From: Candidatus Aerophobota bacterium
GTDB lineage: Bacteria; Aerophobota; Aerophobia; Aerophobales; AE-B3A
Direction: 5' to 3'
DNA: 26,222 bases
Assembly (NCBI GenBank): GCA_004376485.1
Contig: SOJT01000095.1
Coordinates: 1 to 26,222 of the forward strand
Positions 9,167 through 16,565 of this stretch are shown piece after piece. The translations under genes were made by a program, and so were the position numbers. Numbering within the stretch: the stretch's first letter is position 1; each line of letters begins with the position of its first letter. A model generated the notes under the pieces. The model searched no databases, was not told the origin of the DNA, and saw nothing but the letters and a program-made list of their open reading frames with translations.

Positions 9167-9196
9167 TTGACAAAATTTTCGAATATGGTATTTAAT
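9167..9196 (+). promoter_or_regulatory. Putative sigma70-type promoter for the aor operon
   Basis: Perfect TTGACA (9167-9172) followed by TG-G-TATTTA (16-bp spacer) or TTTAAT (18-bp spacer). Confidence 0.55.
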
Positions 9197-9214
9197 ATTC
9201 AAAGACAATTATTT

Positions 9215-9307
9215 GTAGGCGAGGTTTCCCTTAATCCCTTTACCCATATCTGCAACAAAAATGTAAGTCTTCAGGGTTCCTGGGGAGGAGAAGTAGAAAT
9301 TTCTTGA
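9215..9307 (+). pseudogene. Remnant resembling a Zn-dependent MDR dehydrogenase (VGEVSLNPFTHICNKNVSLQGSWGGEVEIS*)
   Basis: Open frame 9185-9307. GEVSLNP...K...GSWG resembles the late strand/helix region of TM0436-like MDR enzymes, and it ends EIS* exactly as the gene at 3-65 does. Confidence 0.45.
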
Positions 9308-9328
9308 AGAAAGGGAGGAGAAAATGCC
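9295..9328 (+). repeat. 34-bp direct repeat, copy 2 (contains the aor RBS and start)
   Basis: AGAAATTTCTTGAAGAAAGGGAGGAGAAAATGCC, one mismatch to 53-86. Confidence 0.9.
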
Positions 9329-11243
9329 GTTTGGATACAATGGAAAAATTCTGCGGGTTGATCTATCTAAAGGAGAAATAAAGGTTGAGGAGCCGGATGA
9401 GCACTTTTACCGAACCTATGGGGGAGGATCCTCTCTTGGAGCCTACTATCTTTTAAAGGAGATGTCTCCTGGGGTTGATCCCTTTAGTCCTGATAATATT
9501 ATTGTTTTTGCCGGTAGTGTGGTGAGCGGTGCACCTGTGCCAGGATTTGCTCGCTCTGGCATAGTATTCAAATCTCCCCTCACCGGTGCTATAGCAGATA
9601 CCCAGGCAGCAGGCTACTTTGGCCCGGAGCTTAAGTTTGCCGGCTTTGATGCTATCATTGTCAAGGGAAAATCGGAGAAGCCGGTCTACCTTTGGATACA
9701 GGATGGTGAAGTTGAGATAAAAGATGCTTCCCACATCTGGGGCAAAACTACCGGTGAGGCACAGGATACTATTCGCACCGAACTTGGTGATGAGCGAATT
9801 ATTGTTGCCGGTATCGGACAGGCAGGAGAAAATCTTGTAAGGTACGCCTGTGTGCTTAACAACTTAAAACATGCCTGGGGGAGATTAGGGGCTGGGGCGG
9901 TTATGGGTTCCAAGAACCTGAAAGCTATAGCAGTTAGAGGTCACAGGAAGCTGGAGATGAAGGATAGAGAAACCGTTCTTTCCATAGCAAGACACTTCTC
10001 CAGCAACTTTATGAAAGAAAGCCCTGATAATAGGGGTCTGCACGACCTTGGAACTGCCCAGTATGTTATGGGTCAAAATGAAGATGGTCAGCTTCCTACC
10101 CGTAACTTTCAAACAGGATATTTCGAGAAAGCAGAGAATATCTCCGGGGAAAGAATGAGAGATACTGTCCTGACTAAAAGAGAGGGCTGCTATGCCTGTT
10201 CGGTAAGGTGCAAAAGGGTAGTTAAAGCTGATTCATCTTACAAGGTTGATCCTGCCTACGGCGGACCGGAGTATGAAACCATAGGTATGTTAGGTTCAGA
10301 TTGCGGCGTTGATGATCTTGTTGCAGTTTGCAAGGCTAATGAGCTTTGCAACAAATACGGCCTTGATACCATTTCCACCGGTGCGAGTATTGCTTTTGCT
10401 ATGGAGGCCTATGAGAAGGGGATTATTAGCAAAGGGGATACAGGGGGAATAGATTTGAGATTTGGCAATGCCGATGCTATGGTAAAGATGGTGGAGGTGA
10501 TTGCCAGAAGGGAGGGAATTGGCGATGTCCTGGCAGAAGGGGTAAAAAGAGCAGCAGAGAAATTGGGCAAGGGAGCAGAAAAGTTTTCCCTCCATGTTAA
10601 AGGAGAGGAGCTTCCCGCCCATGATGCCCGAGTTAAGGGGCACCTTGCCCTGATGTATGCTCTCTCTCCCATGGGAGCAGACCATGTCCAGGCAGAGCAT
10701 GATGGTGCTTTTACTCCTGGAGCAGATTCCTTCTTCGCCGATAGGGTAGAACCTCTGGGTATTCTTGAACCTCTTGAGCTTAGCAGTATAGACCATAAAA
10801 AGGTGAGAAGGTTCTTTTATTTCCAGAATGTTTTCGGCATGGTGGATACCTTAACCTTATGTCTTTTCGCCTTTGCCCCCTGCCGTTACTTTACCTTCAA
10901 AGAATTAGTAGATCTGGTTAGAGCTATCACTGGATGGGAGATGAGTTTATGGGAGCTAATTAAATTAGGAGAGCGAAAGGTAGCTATGTTTAGAGCCTTT
11001 AATGTGAGGGAAGGATTTACCAAAGAGGATGATTGGTTGCCTGAGAGAATGTTTGAAGGTATTCTTACGGGACCCCGCAAAGGACAAAAGGTGGATAAGG
11101 ATAAACTACGAGAGGCAATAGATCTTTACTATGAGATGGTGGGATGGAATGAAGACGGTGTTCCCACCAAGGGAAGGCTTGCTGAGCTTGATCTATTCTG
11201 GGTAGCTGAGGAGCTTGAGAGACAGGCTAAATATAAGAAATAA
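9324..11243 (+). CDS. aor: Aldehyde:ferredoxin oxidoreductase family (tungsto-/molybdopterin) enzyme
   Basis: GYNGKILRVDLS, KSPLTG, ELKFAGFDAII, GRLGAGAVMGSKNLKAI, 4Fe-4S motif CYACSVRC, GPEYET, CNKYGLDTIST, YYEMVGW. Confidence 0.93.
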   Translation: MPFGYNGKILRVDLSKGEIKVEEPDEHFYRTYGGGSSLGAYYLLKEMSPGVDPFSPDNIIVFAGSVVSGAPVPGFARSGIVFKSPLTGAIADTQAAGYFGPELKFAGFDAIIVKGKSEKPVYLWIQDGEVEIKDASHIWGKTTGEAQDTIRTELGDERIIVAGIGQAGENLVRYACVLNNLKHAWGRLGAGAVMGSKNLKAIAVRGHRKLEMKDRETVLSIARHFSSNFMKESPDNRGLHDLGTAQYVMGQNEDGQLPTRNFQTGYFEKAENISGERMRDTVLTKREGCYACSVRCKRVVKADSSYKVDPAYGGPEYETIGMLGSDCGVDDLVAVCKANELCNKYGLDTISTGASIAFAMEAYEKGIISKGDTGGIDLRFGNADAMVKMVEVIARREGIGDVLAEGVKRAAEKLGKGAEKFSLHVKGEELPAHDARVKGHLALMYALSPMGADHVQAEHDGAFTPGADSFFADRVEPLGILEPLELSSIDHKKVRRFFYFQNVFGMVDTLTLCLFAFAPCRYFTFKELVDLVRAITGWEMSLWELIKLGERKVAMFRAFNVREGFTKEDDWLPERMFEGILTGPRKGQKVDKDKLREAIDLYYEMVGWNEDGVPTKGRLAELDLFWVAEELERQAKYKK

Positions 11244-11255
11244 TTGAGGCTATAA

Positions 11256-11510
11256 ATGGAAGTAAAGGTAAACTTGAGACTTCTAAAAATAGAGGATGAG
11301 CGGGAGGTAGAGCTTAAAGAGGGCTCCACAGTAAAGTCTTTGCTGGAGAGACTGACCTCAATTTACGGTGAGGACTTGAAAAGATTGATTGGGGATGCCG
11401 AGAAAGGCTTCAGGGTAATAGTAATGGCTAATGCAGAAATGGTAAAATATGATCAGAGGTTAAAAGATAAGGATGAGCTTTCTCTGATTTTGCCCGTTGC
11501 AGGTGGGTGA
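11256..11510 (+). CDS. moaD: MoaD/ThiS-family ubiquitin-like sulfur carrier
   Basis: 84 aa, beta-grasp pattern, LKDKDELSLILPVAGG with C-terminal GG; directly after aor. Confidence 0.85.
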   Translation: MEVKVNLRLLKIEDEREVELKEGSTVKSLLERLTSIYGEDLKRLIGDAEKGFRVIVMANAEMVKYDQRLKDKDELSLILPVAGG

Positions 11511-11603
11511 TTAGATAAAAAGGTGTAAGTGCTGGTAATTTTAAAAGCTAATACTGCTGCGGGTATCAAAACTTAAACAGGAAAAAGTCAGGAGTAAGGC
11601 CTG

Positions 11604-11613
11604 AAGGAGGTGA
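11604..11613 (+). promoter_or_regulatory. Orphan Shine-Dalgarno AAGGAGGTGA upstream of binding-protein gene 2
   Basis: Same decamer as 2411-2420. The nearest standard start (TTG 11636) is 22 nt away, and the likely true start at 11699 has its own GAGGAGG. Confidence 0.5.
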
Positions 11614-11698
11614 GAGAGGAAAGGCTGCCCTGACTTTGGGGGGAAAGAAAGACTCTTCTCAGAAAGAGAATAGAGTATTTAAAAGAGGAGGAATACTG

Positions 11699-13153
11699 AT
11701 GGGAAAAAGAAGTATTAAACGTCTAGAGTGGGCCCTAGTCGTCATAGCTCTGGTTGTCCTAGTGGGGGGTCAGGCTCTTGGTGCCGAAAAGAAATTCAGT
11801 TTAGCTGATGTCCCCGAGATAAAGAATAAGAGACCAATCCATGTGACTTTGGAGGCAGGGGGTTCAGCGGACTTGATAATCCCGTATCTTCAAAAGTTTG
11901 CAGAACACACCGGGGTCAAGGTTACTTCAGAGTCGATGGTATTTGCCTCCTTATATTCCAAGGTTATCGTGGAGCTCATAGCAAAAACTGGAGCATACGA
12001 TATTGTTGTTACTGAGACTTCCTGGTCAAATGAGTGGGAGGATTACCTTTACCCCATGCAGGATCTGGCTAAAGAGTATGACCCCGAAGGCGTGGAAGGT
12101 CTGGAAAGATATCTGGCAGGTCACGATCCAGGCCTACTCCGCATGTGCTCCACCGTGGACGGGAAACTCATGGGAATACCGTACTACACCTATACCCTGA
12201 TATACATCTATCGTGAGGATGTGTTCAACCACCCCGCGGAGAAGGCAAACTTCAGGAAAAGATACGGATACGAGCTGGCTCCAGCTCAAACCTGGGCACA
12301 GCTGCGCGATCAGGGTGAGTTTTTTACCAGGAAAAAAGGCGAGAAGTTAAAGGGTGAGGTTCTTGAGAAGGATGTCTATGGTTTAAGTATGATGGCCGGT
12401 AGATACCCTCATGTTCAGGATGAGGTGGGTGCAAGGGTGTGGAGCAGAGGTGGACATTGGGCTTCGCCGGTCAGGGACGAGGCAGGTAAACTCATAGGCT
12501 TTAAAATAACCGAAAAGGATAAAAGAATACTCCAGTGGGCTTTCGAGGACTATGTAAGGGACCTTGCCTTTGCCCCCCCTGGGACTTTGTCCGGTTACTG
12601 GGATTTCGCCACAGCACAGTTTGCGGCTGGAAATGCCATCATCATACCTCACATATACGACTCCTTATGGAACTGGGCTTCCTCAGTTGAAGATGAAATC
12701 CCTGGTGCTAAGGCTGCTGCTGCTCTCACTCCGGGTAACAGACCATACACCGGTGCCTTCCATTTCTCTCCCAGCCGAGATAGCCAAAATCCGGAGGCAG
12801 CTTACTGGCTCCTGAAGTATATTGGCTCCTATCAAAATCAAAAGGAAATGGCCGAAGGGGGATGGGTCTCTGTAAGAAGGGACGTTCTGGAAGATCCTCA
12901 ATATACGGATCCTAAGTGGCATCGCCAATTTGGATGGGCACGTGCTTCACTTGATACATGGGATGAGCAGTTTGAAGATGTGGAAGACTACCTGCACTTC
13001 AACAGTGCGGCATTCGGTAAGCTTTATGAGATGATGACCATTATATGTCATGAGAATGCGATTCAGCAAAGAACACCAGCAGAGGGTGTGCAGGAGTGGG
13101 TGAAGGTCTTCACCGATTTACAGACAAAACATGGGAAACTGCCAGTCCTGTAA
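11699..13153 (+). CDS. Extracellular solute-binding protein, family 1, importer 2
   Basis: Start moved from 11636 to ATG 11699 (GAGGAGG RBS; signal peptide MGKRSIKR...GQALG); TGVKV, YDIVV, IYIYREDVF, PEAAYWLLKY. Confidence 0.9.
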   Translation: MGKRSIKRLEWALVVIALVVLVGGQALGAEKKFSLADVPEIKNKRPIHVTLEAGGSADLIIPYLQKFAEHTGVKVTSESMVFASLYSKVIVELIAKTGAYDIVVTETSWSNEWEDYLYPMQDLAKEYDPEGVEGLERYLAGHDPGLLRMCSTVDGKLMGIPYYTYTLIYIYREDVFNHPAEKANFRKRYGYELAPAQTWAQLRDQGEFFTRKKGEKLKGEVLEKDVYGLSMMAGRYPHVQDEVGARVWSRGGHWASPVRDEAGKLIGFKITEKDKRILQWAFEDYVRDLAFAPPGTLSGYWDFATAQFAAGNAIIIPHIYDSLWNWASSVEDEIPGAKAAAALTPGNRPYTGAFHFSPSRDSQNPEAAYWLLKYIGSYQNQKEMAEGGWVSVRRDVLEDPQYTDPKWHRQFGWARASLDTWDEQFEDVEDYLHFNSAAFGKLYEMMTIICHENAIQQRTPAEGVQEWVKVFTDLQTKHGKLPVL

Positions 13154-13168
13154 CGAGGAATAGGCTAG

Positions 13169-13208
13169 GGGTACCCCTGGAGTAAAATATAATATCTCCG
13201 GGGGTACC
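13169..13208 (+). terminator. 13-bp GC-rich hairpin after binding-protein gene 2 (stabiliser/attenuator)
   Basis: GGTACCCCTGGAG / CTCCGGGGGTACC with one G-U pair; outer GAATAG/CTATTC can extend it; no U-tract. Confidence 0.65.
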
Positions 13209-13388
13209 TGTCCTCTATTCGAAGCTAGGGGTTGCTCAAGGAAGAGGTAGCACCGAAACAGAACTGGTAGCGGTGTTGGCTCAGTAGACTGAATAAAGAG
13301 TGAGACGGAAAGCAGCAGAACAGGTCATGGCGAAGAGGTAATATCAATGTTGAGGAAAAGACCTATTTTACCTTAGGGAGACAGAACT

Positions 13389-14309
13389 ATGAGAGAGGCG
13401 GTACTTGGGGAGTCTCTGGAAACAAGAAGAACATTCTGGCAGATCCTCGCCGCTGATAGGTATATTAAATGGTTTCTCATACTCCCCCTATTGGTGGTGC
13501 TGTTATGCTTCATGTTCTATCCGCTATTCTACTGCTTGTACATGTCTTTTCACGAGTATGTCCTGCGAGCCCCTCCTCTTTTTATTGGAGCAGAAAACTA
13601 TCGAGTGGTACTGCACGATATGGTGTTCTGGCAGGCTATTGGCCGTACTTTTTACGTATTAGTTGTGTGTATAGCTGTGGAACTTAGTCTCGGCATGGGG
13701 ATTGCACTTTTGCTGAACCGGGAATTTAAGGGACAAAACACCATACGGGGACTTTGTCTTTTGCCTCTTCTAATCTCACCACTTGCCATGTCATTAATGT
13801 GGAATTACATGCTGCACGTTCAATTTGGCATAGTAAATCAAGTTTTGGTGTGGCTTAGGCTTGGGGCGGTTGAGTGGATCTCAAATCCAAAAATTGCAAT
13901 ATATAGCATCATGTTTATTTCCATCTGGCAATGGACCCCTTTCTCCATCTTCGTTCTCCTTGCCGGTTTGAGAGGCCTGCCCAAAGATGCACTTGAAGCG
14001 GCAAGAGTTGACGGGGCTTCCCGTTGGTTTACCTTCCGCAGATTAACCTTGCGAATGTTGACGCCACTCATAATCATCATCATCTTACTCCGGACCATGT
14101 GGTTGATAAGGATATTTGACCCGCTCTATGGAACTACGCGAGGTGGTGTGGGAACAGAGTCGCTGGATTGGTTTATGTACAGAATTTCATTCGTTTTCTT
14201 TGACGTGGGGAAAGGATCGGCACTGGCACTGTTCTCTCTCTATGTGACCATTGTTCTCTGTGCCATTCTGTACCGACAGTTGATAAAGGCCCTGGGAGCA
14301 GCAAGATAG
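13389..14309 (+). CDS. Carbohydrate ABC transporter permease (MalF/UgpA-like), importer 2
   Basis: FIGAENY, ALLLNREFKG, IWQWTPF, EAA loop LEAARVDGASRW; GGGAG RBS. Confidence 0.93.
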   Translation: MREAVLGESLETRRTFWQILAADRYIKWFLILPLLVVLLCFMFYPLFYCLYMSFHEYVLRAPPLFIGAENYRVVLHDMVFWQAIGRTFYVLVVCIAVELSLGMGIALLLNREFKGQNTIRGLCLLPLLISPLAMSLMWNYMLHVQFGIVNQVLVWLRLGAVEWISNPKIAIYSIMFISIWQWTPFSIFVLLAGLRGLPKDALEAARVDGASRWFTFRRLTLRMLTPLIIIIILLRTMWLIRIFDPLYGTTRGGVGTESLDWFMYRISFVFFDVGKGSALALFSLYVTIVLCAILYRQLIKALGAAR

Positions 14310-14326
14310 ATCAGGAGGTGAAGAAA

Positions 14327-15130
14327 ATGAGACGGGTGATGTTTTGGGTAGCCATAGTCATTATCCTATTGGTATTTCTTCTCCCAATAGCATGGGTATA
14401 TGTGACCTCGTTAAAGTCACCTGCGGATATTTTCAGACCCGAGAAATTAGCTTTTGCCCCCACTTTTTATAACTATAAGTATATAGCTACGGTTAGGCCA
14501 TCTTTGATGGAATTCAGGAATGCTCTGATCGTAAGCGTCGTCAGCACAGCTCTGGTGATGGCTGTCTCGCTGCCTGCTGCTTACAGCTTTGCTCGATTCA
14601 ACACCGGTGGGGGACATCTACTTTTTATCACTATTTCAACAAGGATGTTTCCTCCCGTAGTAGCGGCAGTACCTTTCTTTTTTCTTTTTAGAGATTTGGG
14701 ACTTCTGGATACACACCTTGGACTAATTCTACTATATTTGTACTTTAATATGTCCTTTGCCACGTTTTTGTTATATGGATTTTTCAGAGAAATCCCGGAG
14801 GAGCTTGAGCATTCTGCTATGGTAGACGGCTATGGGCGGTTAAGTATCTTTCGCAAGATCATATTTCCTTTGATCAAACCGGGAGCAGCAATTACAACTG
14901 TATTTTGTCTTATATTCGCATGGAATGAGTTCTTCTTTGCCTTTCTCTTTACCCGTAGACTCGCCAGGACAGTGGCGGTAGGACTAGCAGTGTTCTGGGG
15001 TTCTATAGAAATCCAGTGGGGGCCTATGGCTGCATTGATGGCTCTTGCCATCCTGCCAACCTTAGCTGCTGCCTGGTTCATGCAAAGATTTATAATCCGG
15101 GGATTAACATTTGGAGCTGTTAAGGGATGA
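14327..15130 (+). CDS. Carbohydrate ABC transporter permease (MalG/UgpE-like), importer 2
   Basis: AAYSFARF, ELEHSAMVDG, FAWNEFFFA, RGLTFGAVK; ATG 14327 preferred over GTG 14318, which lies inside the SD GGAGGTG. Confidence 0.93.
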   Translation: MRRVMFWVAIVIILLVFLLPIAWVYVTSLKSPADIFRPEKLAFAPTFYNYKYIATVRPSLMEFRNALIVSVVSTALVMAVSLPAAYSFARFNTGGGHLLFITISTRMFPPVVAAVPFFFLFRDLGLLDTHLGLILLYLYFNMSFATFLLYGFFREIPEELEHSAMVDGYGRLSIFRKIIFPLIKPGAAITTVFCLIFAWNEFFFAFLFTRRLARTVAVGLAVFWGSIEIQWGPMAALMALAILPTLAAAWFMQRFIIRGLTFGAVKG

Positions 15131-15242
15131 CAAGATAGACTTTTGTTTTTTGAAGCATAAGACAGTCTTTGCTTTGGGATGAGTTTTTGGGCACCGGTGG
15201 TAGGCTTGACAGATGAAACCGCAGAATGCGAGGTGAGTGGGA

Positions 15243-15410
15243 ATGGCTTGGGGAGATAGGCTCTTTTGGGGAATTGTAATTCTTATCGGGATTCTTTTCC
15301 TCTGGCTCGGACTTCTGGAAAAATTTGTTCCTATCTGGGTTGGAGTAGTATTGGGATTTTTTGCCTTGTTCGTGATGCTAAAATATGGGCCGCGCCCGAA
15401 AGAAAGATAA
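15243..15410 (+). CDS. 55-aa membrane protein, GlpU/DUF2160-like (MAWGDRLFWGIVILIGILFLWLGLLEKFVPIWVGVVLGFFALFVMLKYGPRPKER)
   Basis: Translated by hand. GAGGTG RBS, GDRLF motif, two hydrophobic segments, basic tail; 15 of the first 32 residues are identical to 5767-5928. Confidence 0.82.
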   Translation: MAWGDRLFWGIVILIGILFLWLGLLEKFVPIWVGVVLGFFALFVMLKYGPRPKER

Positions 15411-15432
15411 GAAGGAAAGGGAACTTAAAGTT

Positions 15433-16554
15433 ATGGCAGAGGTGAAAGTTGAAAATTTAACAAAAAAGTATGGAAGACTAATAGCAGTTAATAATGTTAG
15501 CTTTAGTTGCAAGGATGGGGAGTTTTTCAGTATCTTAGGTCCCTCAGGTGCTGGCAAGACCACGACTCTTGAGCTGATAGCAGGAATAAAAAAGCCTGAT
15601 TCAGGTGATATATATATTGGTAGCTCTCTTGTTAACGATCTTTCCCCTCAGCAAAGAGATGTGGCTATGGCTTTTGAGAAATACAGTCTTTATCCTCATT
15701 TTTCCGTATATGAAAATATAGCTTTTCCTCTTAGAGCCCCCACCAGGAAAGAAAAACTTTCCCCCAAAGAGGAAAGAAAAAAAGTTGAGGAGATGGCCAA
15801 TCTTTTAGGAATTGGGGAACTCTTGGAGAGAAGACCCCAGCACTTAAGTGGAGGTCAAAGACAAAGAGTCTCACTTGCCAGGGCAATGGTTCGAAGACCA
15901 AAGGTCTATCTTCTTGATGAGCCCATAGCTCACCTTGATGCTAAGTTGAAGGTATCAGCAAGGACAACACTCAAAAGACTTGCCGATAAGCTGGGAATTA
16001 CTATTATTTATGTAACCCATGACTATAAGGAGGCTCTGGCACTCTCTGACCGTATCCTGATTCTAAGAGAGGGTATAATTGAGCAAGTTGGTACACCTGA
16101 GGAGGTTTATCTTTATCCTTCCAGTGATTTTGTGGGAAGGATTATAGGAGATCTTCCCATAAATTTGATAGACAGTGAAGTTATCAAAAAAGATGGAAAA
16201 ACTTTTCTTAAAGTCGAAGAAGAGTTTTCTATTCAGATTCCCCAGGATTTAGTCGGCTTGGCGGAAAAGGTAGCCCGGGAGGAGGATGGCAGACGCAGGA
16301 TCCGCATTGGAATAAGGCCTATTTATGTTAAGGTGTCCAAAGAAAAGTTATCCAATGCTTCCTTTGAACTACCTGTATATGCAGTTGAACATAAAGCTGA
16401 TAGCAGCATAGTTAGCTTTGAATTAAAGGATACATTTCTCATAGCAAGAACGGAAGAGAGGGTTAACTGGCGTATGTCGGAAAAAGTTTGGCTTGACTTT
16501 GAGCAGAAGCATCTCCACTTTTTCAAGAAAACTGTGGATGTATCCAAAAAGTAA
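15433..16554 (+). CDS. Carbohydrate ABC transporter ATP-binding protein, importer 2 (GAGKT type)
   Basis: GPSGAGKT, LSGGQ, LLDEPIAHLD, YVTHDY. Start moved from 15385 to 15433 (MAEVKVENL, cf. MAEVVLKEV), removing the overlap with the small membrane gene. Confidence 0.93.
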   Translation: MAEVKVENLTKKYGRLIAVNNVSFSCKDGEFFSILGPSGAGKTTTLELIAGIKKPDSGDIYIGSSLVNDLSPQQRDVAMAFEKYSLYPHFSVYENIAFPLRAPTRKEKLSPKEERKKVEEMANLLGIGELLERRPQHLSGGQRQRVSLARAMVRRPKVYLLDEPIAHLDAKLKVSARTTLKRLADKLGITIIYVTHDYKEALALSDRILILREGIIEQVGTPEEVYLYPSSDFVGRIIGDLPINLIDSEVIKKDGKTFLKVEEEFSIQIPQDLVGLAEKVAREEDGRRRIRIGIRPIYVKVSKEKLSNASFELPVYAVEHKADSSIVSFELKDTFLIARTEERVNWRMSEKVWLDFEQKHLHFFKKTVDVSKK

Positions 16555-16565
16555 GGTGATGACAA

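Noticed and set aside
9016-9323. Moco/Wco riboswitch upstream of aor
   Set aside because: No conserved riboswitch structure recognised; the leader is better explained by a promoter plus a gene remnant. An Rfam scan would settle it.
15179-15259. 26-codon ORF MSFWAPVVG... overlapping the start of the small membrane gene
   Set aside because: No RBS, no similarity to the DUF2160 N-terminal half, out of frame with the supported gene.
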